Part shown: in pieces, positions 19,333 through 29,161 of the stretch | Position numbering within the stretch: the stretch's first letter is position 1 | Layout of the letters: every line of letters starts with the position of its first letter | DNA from: Candidatus Coneutiohabitans thermophilus | GTDB lineage: Bacteria > Zhuqueibacterota > Zhuqueibacteria > Zhuqueibacterales > Zhuqueibacteraceae | Length of the DNA stretch: 64,000 bases | Direction of reading: 5' to 3' | NCBI GenBank assembly: GCA_034505235.1 | Contig: JAPDQY010000002.1 | Coordinates: 14,742 to 78,741, forward strand | Program-made: the position numbers and the translations under genes | Notes under the pieces: generated by a model | Database searches by the model: none | Told to the model about the DNA's origin: nothing | Seen by the model: the letters and a program-made list of their open reading frames with translations, nothing else

Positions 19333-21033
19333 TCACGGCGTGGTTTTGCCTTCCACGCGGTAGTTGAACTCGAATGACAGGCTGTTGCTCCAATCTTCAT
19401 CGAGAATGGTTTTATAACGGGTGCCGTCGCTGGGGCCCACCGGCTTGCCGTAGGAATAGAACCAGTTCACCACCGGTGTGCCGCTGAAGCCCAGGGCGAT
19501 CCAATAGCGGCCGGGCGCCAGCTTCACGTTTTTCTGCGTAAAGTCGAAAGACTGCCAGTAGTAACCCGGCCGGTTGGAGAGATCCGTCATCGCCAGCAGC
19601 GGGCTGGTGGCAATGTTCTCGCCGGGCTTGGAATTGTGATCCTTCAAAATTTCCACCCACAGGAAGCCTTCGCCGCCAAACTTCTGCAGCGCCAGCGCGA
19701 CCTTTTCCAAACTCAGGGGACGATCGAGCACGAACATCTGGGCATATTGCGCCGAACGCGTCACATATTCCGCGGTTTCCACCAGAAAGTTCTTGCGCAG
19801 CTCCTGCGCGCCGCCGGCACCGGTCGCCACTTCGCGGGTGAATGCGAAATTCACGCCCTCGGGAAATTCAAGATTGCCGAATACAAAGGGCTTGGTGTAG
19901 GTGGCTTTGGCGGGATCGGCGGGCGCCGGCTTGGGGGGCGGCGGCGGGGGAGCGGGCGCCGCGACATAGGGCACGAATGTCGCTTTGACCTCCGGAGAGA
20001 GCAGCAAGTTCTTGGGGCCATAGCTCTGGCGTTTCGCTGTGATCATCGTCTTGTCTTCGGGGAATTCGGCGTTGATGGTTTCTTCGAATTCCGGTTGCGC
20101 CTTGGCGCCGCGCGCCACGGTCCAGCGCACCAGACCGTCCTGCGTAGTCTCCTCATTGTCCAGGCCGACTTCGATGCGCACGTAGCGGTTGCTGGTGAAA
20201 AGCTGGCTCTGCTGCGGATCGAACGGCACCCAGCCGAGATCGGGAAAATAGACATCGATCCAGGAATGGCGGCCCTGTGCCATGCCCAGCGTCAGGCGGC
20301 CCCCGCCGGTGGCGGCATCATAGGAACGGTTGAGCGTGACGCCATTGACGATGCGCACCGGGATGCCCACCGCACGCAGCAATGCCGCCGCCAGATGCGA
20401 ATAGTTTTGACAATTGCCCTTGCCGGTGTTGAAAGAGTAAAGCGCGTCGTAACTCGGCGGCGTCAGGACATAATCGACATGGTCAACGACCCAGGAGAGA
20501 ATGCGCTGCACGGCATCGAATTCGGTGGTCACCCCGCGGGTCAGCTCTTTGGCTTTTGCCGCAATCAAGGGATTGTCCGCCGCCACTTGTTTGGTGGGTT
20601 TGAGATAAACCGCCTCCGATCCGGTGTGCGGATCCGGCGGAAAAGGCGCGCTGGTGTTGATCGTGCCGAGCTTCACCCAGTTGGCGGCAGTGAGCGAAAC
20701 CGTGGCGACGATGGCGGTGGCGGGCTGCCGCCAGGTGGCGGTGACGACCTTGTTGCCGCGGGCATCGAGCTTCTCGTCGCGTGCATCGGGCGGCGGATGG
20801 AATTGCAGGTTGAGATTCGAAATCTCCTGATTGTAGGTCGGCGAGGTGAAGGAGGCGGGAAGCACGGTGCTGATGATGAGCAGATTGATCCCGGGGGCGG
20901 GCACCAGCCGCTGTGACAGTGTGTAGTTGATGCGTGAGGTCTGGCTGCCGCTCAGGGTGTAGTTTTCTTTGCCGGTCAGTGAGGTGCTGAGTGCCAACGC
21001 CAGCAATGTGAGCCAAGCTCGTCCGCGCGGCAT
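19333..21033 (-). CDS. Exported transglutaminase-like (Cys-His-Asp) protein with Pro-rich linker and C-terminal beta domain
   Basis: Signal peptide; GNCQNYSHLAAALLRAVGIPVR (Cys), HSW (His), WVPFDP (Asp); linker APAPPPPPPKPAPADP. Confidence 0.8.
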   Translation of the reverse strand: MPRGRAWLTLLALALSTSLTGKENYTLSGSQTSRINYTLSQRLVPAPGINLLIISTVLPASFTSPTYNQEISNLNLQFHPPPDARDEKLDARGNKVVTATWRQPATAIVATVSLTAANWVKLGTINTSAPFPPDPHTGSEAVYLKPTKQVAADNPLIAAKAKELTRGVTTEFDAVQRILSWVVDHVDYVLTPPSYDALYSFNTGKGNCQNYSHLAAALLRAVGIPVRIVNGVTLNRSYDAATGGGRLTLGMAQGRHSWIDVYFPDLGWVPFDPQQSQLFTSNRYVRIEVGLDNEETTQDGLVRWTVARGAKAQPEFEETINAEFPEDKTMITAKRQSYGPKNLLLSPEVKATFVPYVAAPAPPPPPPKPAPADPAKATYTKPFVFGNLEFPEGVNFAFTREVATGAGGAQELRKNFLVETAEYVTRSAQYAQMFVLDRPLSLEKVALALQKFGGEGFLWVEILKDHNSKPGENIATSPLLAMTDLSNRPGYYWQSFDFTQKNVKLAPGRYWIALGFSGTPVVNWFYSYGKPVGPSDGTRYKTILDEDWSNSLSFEFNYRVEGKTTP

Positions 21034-21109
21034 GATGATACTCTCCTGAAAAGTTCAACTGTTGCAGTCGTTTTCGAGTCTTGCGGGCACCGCCGGCCTG
21101 CCGTGGCAT

Positions 21110-22495
21110 TCAGGCCCTGGTTGCCTGCCGGCGCAGTTTGGGCCCCTGCGGCGTGTCTTCGATCTCCCAGCCTGCCGCCTTGATTTGCTCACGCAGGGCG
21201 TCGGCATCCTGCCAGCGCTTTTCCTGGCGGGCCAGCTGCCGCTGCTCGAGCAGTCGCAGGATGTCTTGCGGGATGGTTTCCTGCTTCGGCTGCCACTCGG
21301 CCAGGCGCAGCCCCAGCACACGGTCGAAATCGAACAGCGTCGCTTTTTTGACGGCCGCCGGCCGCTCGCTCTTGACCAATTCCCAGACCACGGCGAGCGC
21401 GCGCGGCATGTTCAGGTCATCATTGACCTGTTCGAGGAAGCGGCGGTGATAGTTTTCATCGATGCTGCCGGGCGCTCCCCAGTCGGACATCGTGGTGCGC
21501 AGCCGCTGCAGGGCGGTGGCGGCGGCCTCGAGGCTCTCCCAGGTAAAATTCAGCTTGGTGCGGTAATGCGCGCCCAGGCACAACATGCGATAGGCGAGGG
21601 GATCGTAGCCGCGATCGATCAGCGTTTGCACACGCAGGAATTCACCGGCAGATTTGGCCATTTTGGCGTCATCGACCTGCAGGAAATAGCCGTGCATCCA
21701 AAAGTTGGCCAGCCGGGTGCCATGGCAGGCCTGGGTCTGTGCAATCTCGTTGGTGTGATGCACCGGAATGTGATCTTCGCCGCCGCAGTGAATGTCGAAA
21801 AACGGGCCGAGATATTTTTCCGACATCGCCGAGCATTCGATGTGCCAGCCCGGAAAGCCAACCCCCCAGGGGCTGTCCCATTCCATTTGACGCTTTTGCC
21901 CCGGCGGGCTGAACTTCCACAGGGCAAAATCGGTGGGATGGCGTTTTTCGCCGACTTCGACGCGGCTGCCGGCTTGCAGCCCGGCAATATCCAACCGGGC
22001 GAGATAGCCGTAATCCGGCAGCTTCGAGGTGTCGAAATAGATGCCATCGGAGGTGCGGTAGGTGAAGCCTTTGGCCTCGATGCAGCGGATGGCCTCGATT
22101 TGTTCGCGAATGTGATCGGTGGCGCGGCACCAGATGGTGGGCGGCAGAATGTTGAGCTGCCGCAGGTCTTCCTGGAAGGCGCGGGTGTATTCCTCCGCGA
22201 TTTGCCAGGCGGTTTTGCCGGTGCGGCGGGCGCCTTTTTCCATCTTGTCTTCGCCGGTGTCGGCATCGGAAACGAGATGGCCGACGTCGGTGATGTTCAT
22301 CACGTGTTTGACTTGATAGCCGTTGTATTCCAGCACGCGGCGCAGAATGTCTTCGAACAGGTAGGTGCGCAGATTGCCGAGATGGGCATAGTCGTAAACC
22401 GTCGGGCCGCAGGTGTACATGCCCACCTGCTTCTCATGGAGCGGTTTGAATTCACGCATTTCGCGGGTGTAGGTGTCAAACAGACGCAGGGTCAT
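21110..22495 (-). CDS. cysS: Cysteine--tRNA ligase
   Basis: [70 protein letters not shown]. Confidence 0.97.
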   Translation of the reverse strand: MTLRLFDTYTREMREFKPLHEKQVGMYTCGPTVYDYAHLGNLRTYLFEDILRRVLEYNGYQVKHVMNITDVGHLVSDADTGEDKMEKGARRTGKTAWQIAEEYTRAFQEDLRQLNILPPTIWCRATDHIREQIEAIRCIEAKGFTYRTSDGIYFDTSKLPDYGYLARLDIAGLQAGSRVEVGEKRHPTDFALWKFSPPGQKRQMEWDSPWGVGFPGWHIECSAMSEKYLGPFFDIHCGGEDHIPVHHTNEIAQTQACHGTRLANFWMHGYFLQVDDAKMAKSAGEFLRVQTLIDRGYDPLAYRMLCLGAHYRTKLNFTWESLEAAATALQRLRTTMSDWGAPGSIDENYHRRFLEQVNDDLNMPRALAVVWELVKSERPAAVKKATLFDFDRVLGLRLAEWQPKQETIPQDILRLLEQRQLARQEKRWQDADALREQIKAAGWEIEDTPQGPKLRRQATRA

Positions 22496-22671
22496 GGCTT
22501 GTCGCACGACGGGATGATTGAATGATCGTCATCGCTTCGAATTTGATTGGGGCATTGGCGGTGGCGGCACGTTACGCGGCGGGGCACGCCGGGCTGTGCC
22601 CGCTTTTAGTGCGGGTTTCGTGCCTCATGTGATCCTCCTGCACCCATTCCAGAATTGGACGAGGAGCCGGC

Positions 22672-25509
22672 TCAAAACCCATATTTCGCACGGCGCAGTT
22701 CGAAGGCGCGCTGCCCGCCCTCCAGCACCTGCTCGACCAGCAGTTTCACCGATTCCCGATCGATCGCGCCGACATTGCCCTCGCGAATAACGGCGGAGTT
22801 GGACTTGCCCTCCCCGCCTGTCTCCAGGGCGATGATCAACTCCGCATCGCCCAGCACCGGGATGTTGGCGTTGTGCGTCGCGAACAGGAACTGACGCCGC
22901 CGTTTCTCCTGCCGCAAGGTTGGGATGATGGTGTCGGCAATGAAGCGATTGTCCAGGTCATCCTCGGGTTGATCGATGACCAGCGGCGTGCGACTTTCGG
23001 GAAACAACAGCAGCAAAATCGCGGTGGCTTTCTGGCCGGTGGAGAGATCGGGCATGCGGCGCCAGCGCGGCGTTTCGTGCGGCGCCGCCACGTTCAGTTC
23101 AATGGTGACGCGATCGGGCAGATCGAGCTCCTCGAGTTCGAGCATGGTGGCGGCATCGAGATGGGCCAGCACCTCGGCCTGCCGGTCCGTCAACTGGTAG
23201 CGTGCCTGCAGCGCCGCTTTGCCGGCGCGCAGGTGCTTCAGGAAATCCGCCTGGGAAAAACCGGGGGTGGCAGCCAGACGCTCGAAGAAATCCTCCTGCA
23301 GGCGTTTGCGCAGGCTGCGTAGCTTGTCGAACAGCGGCGTGAAATCCGCTGCGGGCTCCAGCGTGACCCGCAGCCGGCCGTGCAGCAGCCGGTTCACGCG
23401 GCCGGCGGCCTTTTGATCAAGTGCAAAAAGTTTCTTGCGCCCCGCTTGCCGGCGTTGCAGCAGTTGTTGTCGCTTCTTTTCGAGCTGCTGGCAGCGCTGC
23501 CGCAACTGGGCGTGTTTGAAACGCAGCGGCTCCAGCCGTTCGATCTCCTGGCGCAGCCGCAGGAAGGCCGCGCCGTCGATCTCCTCCCTCTGCAAATCCA
23601 TCAGCGTGCGCTCGTACTCCTTCTGGCGTGCCTGCCGGCGGTTTTGCCACCTTTCCATGATCACCAGCAGCTCGCTTTGCGTGCGGCCCAGGGCAGCCGC
23701 CAGGTCCGAAAGCGTGGCGGCCAGTTCCTGTTCGAGATTTTGCAGCGCGGTTTGGGCCTGGGCGATGAGATCGCCATTGGGCAGCACCGGCCCGGCCGGC
23801 AGGGAAACGGGCTCGACTTCCAGACGCTTGCGGGCCTGCTCGATGACGCGCTGCAGGGCTTGCAGATGCTCGCGGCTGCTGAGCAGTATTTGCTCCTCGC
23901 GGGTCAGCAGGGCCTGTTCGCGCAGCTTCGCCTCGATGCCTTTGTTTTCAAACAGCCGCAGCTTTTCCTGCAGCACCGGCAGGTGGGCGAGTTTTTCCGC
24001 GATTTCGTGCAATTCCGCCTGCGCCGCCAGCAACTGCTTGCGATTGGCCTCCAGGAGCTGGTTGCATTCGCGGCGGCCGGCCTCCAGCGTCGCCGCGGTT
24101 TCGGCGCGGTACCGGACGAGCAATTGTGCCTGCTTGTTGGTGTCGCGCGCAATCTCGGCGATTTCATGCTGGCCGAAAATGGCAATGCCGGGCACGATGT
24201 CGAAAACTTGCAGGCGGCGGCGCTGGCCGGTTTCATCATAAATCGCCGGCTCGCCGGGATAAAGCCGTTCGATCAGATAATAGCTCGGCGAAGGCTGATT
24301 GCTGCGCACCAGCAGCGAAATCTTCGTGCCGCTCTTGACCACCTCTGCCAGAATGCTTTCATGCATGCGGCGCGCCTGCTCGCCCAGCGGCGGTTGATCG
24401 AGCACGTAGCGCAGGCTTTCGATCACTGTGGACTTGCCGGTGCCGCGGCCGCCGATCAGGCAGTTGAGATTTTCGTTGAAATGGATCGCGCAGCCGTGCA
24501 GGAAGCTCGCCTCGCCCTCCCAGGTCATGGCCACCAGCTCGACATGCGGACTGCGGTGTGCCGGCCGCGCCCCTTCCCGCGCACTTTCCGTCAGCAGCTC
24601 CAGCCGGGATTCCGGATCGAGAAAGGCCTGCCACAGCGCCTCGATGCCCGGGGTCGACATCTTGATGAGCGTGCTGCACGCGGGGTTTTCGATGTCTTTG
24701 AGGTTGTAGACATCCAGACAATTTACCAGGGCGAGCGGCCGCTCGCGGCGATAGTGATTCAACTGGCCTTCCACGATCTTGCGCTCGAAGGCGCGCAAAT
24801 CGGCGCGCGCGCCGGCAATCTGTCCGGCGAGCAGATTGGGATCGGTGAAATACTGCACGCGCGTGGTCTTGGCGCATTCGAACAGCAGCCCGTTTTCGCG
24901 ATCCATGTGGGCCGCGATGCAAATGCCGCGGCGGTCTTTCTGGATGATTTCCAGAATTTGCGGAAAGGACTTGGGCGATTGCCGGGGCGCCAGGCCGCGT
25001 CCGTTCACCCAGCGGTCTTTGGGAGGCAGGCCCAGCTCGGTCAGGAGATGATCGAGTTCCTCGACCGGCGCCTCGAGATCGAACAAACACAGCACATGCA
25101 GCCCTTCCGTGCTGGCCACTTCGAAGCCGGGAAAGACCACAATGCCCTCCTGGCGCAGCTCGCGGCGCACGATTTCGACATACGCCACGCTGTTGTGATC
25201 GCACAGGCCGATGGCATCGATGCCGGCTTTCTTGCAGCGCTGCGCCAGCGCCAGCGCAAAATCCCGCTGGAAGGGCTCGCTGTCCCTGCGATATTTGGAA
25301 TCGAAACCCTTGAAGCAGTTTTGCATGGGCGTGTTCACCTGCAGCGCGCAACGATAATCCCGCGCGCCATTCGGTTGCGCGAGGGCGCGTGCCACGGCCT
25401 CGGGCCAGTGATGCGCCCAGGGCAATGTGAACTGTGTGCCGTTGCGTTCGCGCGGCCGCGTCAGAATAACTGTCGAGCTGGAAGGATGGTCGCTCATAAG
25501 ACTCCGCAT
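22672..25509 (-). CDS. PHP-domain + SMC/ABC-type ATPase (Ppl/TrlF-like, candidate single-gene defence protein)
   Basis: PHP-like motifs ALQVNTP, LCDHN, GFE, GLH, AAH; Walker A GGRGTGKST; long coiled coil; signature LSTGQ, Walker B PLVIDQPEDDLD, FATHNAN. Start is ATG 25509 or 25497. Confidence 0.78.
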   Translation of the reverse strand: MRSLMSDHPSSSTVILTRPRERNGTQFTLPWAHHWPEAVARALAQPNGARDYRCALQVNTPMQNCFKGFDSKYRRDSEPFQRDFALALAQRCKKAGIDAIGLCDHNSVAYVEIVRRELRQEGIVVFPGFEVASTEGLHVLCLFDLEAPVEELDHLLTELGLPPKDRWVNGRGLAPRQSPKSFPQILEIIQKDRRGICIAAHMDRENGLLFECAKTTRVQYFTDPNLLAGQIAGARADLRAFERKIVEGQLNHYRRERPLALVNCLDVYNLKDIENPACSTLIKMSTPGIEALWQAFLDPESRLELLTESAREGARPAHRSPHVELVAMTWEGEASFLHGCAIHFNENLNCLIGGRGTGKSTVIESLRYVLDQPPLGEQARRMHESILAEVVKSGTKISLLVRSNQPSPSYYLIERLYPGEPAIYDETGQRRRLQVFDIVPGIAIFGQHEIAEIARDTNKQAQLLVRYRAETAATLEAGRRECNQLLEANRKQLLAAQAELHEIAEKLAHLPVLQEKLRLFENKGIEAKLREQALLTREEQILLSSREHLQALQRVIEQARKRLEVEPVSLPAGPVLPNGDLIAQAQTALQNLEQELAATLSDLAAALGRTQSELLVIMERWQNRRQARQKEYERTLMDLQREEIDGAAFLRLRQEIERLEPLRFKHAQLRQRCQQLEKKRQQLLQRRQAGRKKLFALDQKAAGRVNRLLHGRLRVTLEPAADFTPLFDKLRSLRKRLQEDFFERLAATPGFSQADFLKHLRAGKAALQARYQLTDRQAEVLAHLDAATMLELEELDLPDRVTIELNVAAPHETPRWRRMPDLSTGQKATAILLLLFPESRTPLVIDQPEDDLDNRFIADTIIPTLRQEKRRRQFLFATHNANIPVLGDAELIIALETGGEGKSNSAVIREGNVGAIDRESVKLLVEQVLEGGQRAFELRRAKYGF

Positions 25510-26105
25510 GGCTGCCCGCCCGCAGCCGAGGGGCGGCGCCCTTTCCAAAGTAATGACAGGTGACAATCCCTCGGTAACTGTGGAGTGGCACAGGCCTCTC
25601 TGCCTGCAGACAAAATATCTGCGCTGCCTCCCCACACGCAACTGGGGCATGACGCAAGGTGATTGCACACGCAGCGCTGCCCCCGCGGTGATCACGCAAA
25701 TCCGCCAGGGTCAACCCGCCGACACAAGCGTTGAACCTGAATTTTGTTTGGGTCGTCTTGCCCTCACCACCTGCGCTTGAAATCGCCGGTGCAAAACTCA
25801 AAGCGGCTAAAGGCCGACTTATCACCGGGTGGTGGGCAGCCGCCCTCAGGCGGTTTCGCCTGGGAATTTATTCCCGGGCGAAAGATGGCAAAAAAGATGC
25901 AAAATTCAGGTCGAAGGTGGAGCAGCCTGAATCAGCAGGGCCGCAGAAAGTAAACTTTTTTCCCTGGTGATGCAAGGTGAAAGTGCCGCGCGCTGGAATC
26001 CTCAGTAACGCGTGGCGCAGCGCAGGCATCCCTGCCCGAGACAAGATGAGGTCTGTGCTGCGTCTCCCCCCGGAACTGAGGCATGACCGCCCGCTGCAGT
26101 TACCT

Positions 26106-27431
26106 TCACTCTGTCTGCGAAGCAAGCGGAATGACACGCTGTACCACCGCCATGTCGACGATCGGAACTTTGGCAACCAAATCCCCCAGCCCCAGCGCGC
26201 GCAGGAAATAGGGCGGCAGGCTGCGAAAACGCAGGCGCACCTCAAGATGAACGGCGCCGCGCAGGCTGCCGGCAAGGGGGATGCGGTAGCCGGCGGTGCG
26301 CGTGGCCAGGAACGGAATCAGGTTGTTTTCCACGCGACTGGCTTCGAAGAAAAACAACACCTCGCCCCCCTCCGGCCCGCGCAGCGTTTGCCGGAACACC
26401 GTCAAATCGGCATCGGCGTTGCGGTTGAGCTCGCTGTGCTGATCCATCAAATCACCGTTGGCATCGAGCTGGCCGCTTTGATACAAAAGATTGCCGTTGT
26501 CATCGCGCGCGCGGATGGCAATCCACATCTGCCGCTCTGCCGTCACGCCCGAGGGCAGCGCATGCCCGGTTTTATTGTTGAAAATGCTCACCTGCACCTG
26601 CAGCGTATCGCCGGCGTGAAGCGTGGCAGGATGCGTCACCTGCATGCTGGCGGCATTCTGCAGCAGTTTCTCGCTCTCCCGGCGCTGCAAATCTGCCCCG
26701 GGAAAATCCACCAGCGGCACGTCCACGCCGACGAACGTGTGGCGATGTACCTGCTCGCGCAGCGGCCCGCCCACCGCCGCCTGACCGGCATAAACCGGCA
26801 TGTGGCAGTCCTGACAATCGAACGACATGCCGGCCAGCGCCGCCACATTCCATTCGCTGAACGTCTCTTCGACCATTACACCCAGGGGATTTTTCACCTC
26901 ATGGCAGACGCCGCAAAATTCCGAGCGGCTGAACAGCGGATTGAATTGCGAGTCATGGAAGCCATTGGGGGCGGGATCCGCCAGGCTGCCGTATTTCACC
27001 TTGCCCGGTTTGAGCTCGAACGCCGCGTTGAAGGGCTGGTTGATTTTGGTCAGGGAATGACAAACCTCGCAGCTCACGCCCCGGTGGGAGACAGCAGAAA
27101 GCTTGTTGGGATCAAAAAAGGGCGGCGTTTCGCCCGTCAGGCTGGCCACCGGGCTGTGGCATTGGGTGCAGAATTGATCGAGCCGGCCGCCGGTCTTCTG
27201 CTGGCCGGCGGCATTCATCGCGAAGAACACCGGATCCGTGAAGGCATAGGCGTGCATGGAAGTGGACCATTCCGCATAGTGGTTGGGATGGCAGCCCTGA
27301 CAGGTCTCGGCGGTGGCGAAATCCGTGACTTTGAACTTGGGCGCACTGCCGGCCGGCGGCTGGACAGGATCCGGATTGTTGCAGGCGGTCAACAGCAGGA
27401 GAAGAGGCGGTGCCAGGCAAGCGTTCTTCAT
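26106..27431 (-). CDS. Pentaheme c-type cytochrome lipoprotein (c554-like) with C-terminal Ig-like domain
   Basis: Lipobox LTAC; five CxxCH motifs (CQGCH, CTQCH, CEVCH, CGVCH, CQDCH); WSTSMHA; GHALPSG. Confidence 0.85.
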   Translation of the reverse strand: MKNACLAPPLLLLLTACNNPDPVQPPAGSAPKFKVTDFATAETCQGCHPNHYAEWSTSMHAYAFTDPVFFAMNAAGQQKTGGRLDQFCTQCHSPVASLTGETPPFFDPNKLSAVSHRGVSCEVCHSLTKINQPFNAAFELKPGKVKYGSLADPAPNGFHDSQFNPLFSRSEFCGVCHEVKNPLGVMVEETFSEWNVAALAGMSFDCQDCHMPVYAGQAAVGGPLREQVHRHTFVGVDVPLVDFPGADLQRRESEKLLQNAASMQVTHPATLHAGDTLQVQVSIFNNKTGHALPSGVTAERQMWIAIRARDDNGNLLYQSGQLDANGDLMDQHSELNRNADADLTVFRQTLRGPEGGEVLFFFEASRVENNLIPFLATRTAGYRIPLAGSLRGAVHLEVRLRFRSLPPYFLRALGLGDLVAKVPIVDMAVVQRVIPLASQTE

Positions 27432-27559
27432 TGTGTCTCGAATTTGGGCGTGGTCGTTTTACTCTGCCCGCCGGCACGAATGCACCCGCAGCGCGGGACC
27501 GCCGGACAAAGTGAGACGAAATTTAGCGGGATTTTCCCAAGAATCAAGCTTGCCGTGCA

Positions 27560-27588
27560 TTGACTTTACTGTTGCCGCGGGCTATATT
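27560..27588 (+). promoter_or_regulatory. Sigma-70-type promoter for msrB-msrA
   Basis: TTGACT-N17-TATATT, close to consensus, about 190 bp upstream of msrB. Confidence 0.55.
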
Positions 27589-27776
27589 CCGCGCGGCAAT
27601 GCCCTCAGCAATTCTGTTACGGCGGGAATAGCGGCAGGCCGTTTGCCGTTTCAAGTAGAGATGATCTTTCAACCCGGTGATGCCGGACAAGCCACCGGTT
27701 CGGAGCAAAAACTTCCGCCGTGCACATGTGCGGCGGACATGGCGGGCACAACGCCCGCAGGAGGTGCACAACATTC

Positions 27777-28313
27777 ATGTTCGGCTCACGACTCATGTTT
27801 CTCGTTGCCGCCGTGATATTCACAGCCTGCATGGCCAAAGGCGGAAAATCCGCCGGGAATGAGCATGCCGCGGTTGGCGACAGCAGCCGCACTTTCAAGC
27901 CGTTGCAGAAGACCCGCGAGCAGTGGCGCCAGTTGCTCTCGCCGGAAGCGTATGGCGTGTTGTTCGAGGAAAACACGGAGCCTCCCTTTACCAGCCCGCT
28001 CAATCGGGAGAAGCGCCGGGGGACGTTCATTTGTGCGGCATGCTACCTGCCGCTTTTTTCCTCGGAAGCCAAATTCGAAAGCGGCACGGGCTGGCCGAGT
28101 TTTTTCAAGCCCATTGCGCCCGCCCATATCGCCACCAAAACCGACTACAAGCTGATGCTGCCGCGCACGGAGTACCACTGCGCACGCTGCGGCGGCCATC
28201 AGGGCCACGTGTTTGATGACGGCCCGCCGCCCACCGGCCAGCGCTGGTGCAACAATGGTGTCGCGCTGAAATTCATTCCCGAAGGCGAGCCACTGCCGGC
28301 GCTGCGCGACTAG
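27777..28313 (+). CDS. msrB: Peptide-methionine (R)-S-oxide reductase, lipoprotein
   Basis: Lipobox FTAC; TEPPF, Zn CAAC/CARC, KFESGTGWPSF, GHQGHVFDDGP, RWCNNG. Confidence 0.93.
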   Translation: MFGSRLMFLVAAVIFTACMAKGGKSAGNEHAAVGDSSRTFKPLQKTREQWRQLLSPEAYGVLFEENTEPPFTSPLNREKRRGTFICAACYLPLFSSEAKFESGTGWPSFFKPIAPAHIATKTDYKLMLPRTEYHCARCGGHQGHVFDDGPPPTGQRWCNNGVALKFIPEGEPLPALRD

Positions 28314-28464
28314 CCGGCGCCGTTTCCCAAATCCCTTGCAATAGCAGCGCCCAGCAACGGCTTGACCATTGCAGCGGCCGTATTGTTTTGCTCGTCCGCG
28401 AGCCGCGGCGGGCGGACGCCGTTTGCCACTTTAACCCTTGACCATAATCTCGGGAGCCAGTCAC

Positions 28465-29094
28465 ATGAGAACACTTTTGGTTGCAGCCGCACTGCTGCTT
28501 TTCTCCTGCCAATCTTCGGGACAGGACAGTCACAAGGCTTCACCGGCACCGGCGAGCGCAGTGCCGGCACAGCATCTCGCCCAGGCAACCTTTGCAGGTG
28601 GCTGCTTCTGGTGCATGGAAGCGCCGTTTGATGAAGTAGCGGGCGTGGTGGCCACGACCTCGGGCTATACCGGCGGCAACACGAGCAATCCCACTTATGA
28701 AGAAGTTTCTGCCGGTGGAACCGGCCATGCGGAAGCCGTGCAGGTGGTTTACGATTCCACCCGCACCAGCTACGCCCAACTGCTCGAAGTGTTTTGGCAC
28801 AACATCGATCCGCTCACGCCCAACCGGCAGTTTTGCGATGCCGGCACACAATACCGCTCGGCAATCTTCTATCACAATGAAGAGCAGCGCCGGCTGGCAG
28901 AAGCCTCCCGGCAGCGACTGGCGGGCCGCTTTTCTCAACCGATCGTCACCCAGATCGTTCCGCTCGAGGTCTTTTATCCCGCCGAAGAATATCATCAAGA
29001 TTTCTACCGGAAGAATCCGTTGCGCTACAAAGCCTATCGCAGTGGTTGCGGCCGCGACCGGCGGCTGCAGGAGCTGTGGGGCGGGCAGAAATGA
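28465..29094 (+). CDS. msrA: Peptide-methionine (S)-S-oxide reductase, lipoprotein
   Basis: Lipobox LFSC; AGGCFWCME, SGYTGG, GHAEAVQV, QYRSAIFY, AEEYHQDFY, GCGRD. Confidence 0.93.
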   Translation: MRTLLVAAALLLFSCQSSGQDSHKASPAPASAVPAQHLAQATFAGGCFWCMEAPFDEVAGVVATTSGYTGGNTSNPTYEEVSAGGTGHAEAVQVVYDSTRTSYAQLLEVFWHNIDPLTPNRQFCDAGTQYRSAIFYHNEEQRRLAEASRQRLAGRFSQPIVTQIVPLEVFYPAEEYHQDFYRKNPLRYKAYRSGCGRDRRLQELWGGQK

Positions 29095-29161
29095 GACCCT
29101 CGCGATCACGGTCCGCTCGCGCAGCCTCACAGCTGTCCGGAACAAAACAGAGGAGGAGGGC

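Noticed and set aside
25795-25862. GCGGCTAAAGGCCG and GCCGCCCTCAGGCGG as REP-like palindromes
   Set aside because: Degenerate and single-copy in this window, so a repeat family cannot be supported without the genome.
27777-29094. Selenocysteine recoding in Msr or redoxin genes
   Set aside because: All catalytic positions are Cys codons in uninterrupted ORFs, with no in-frame TGA.
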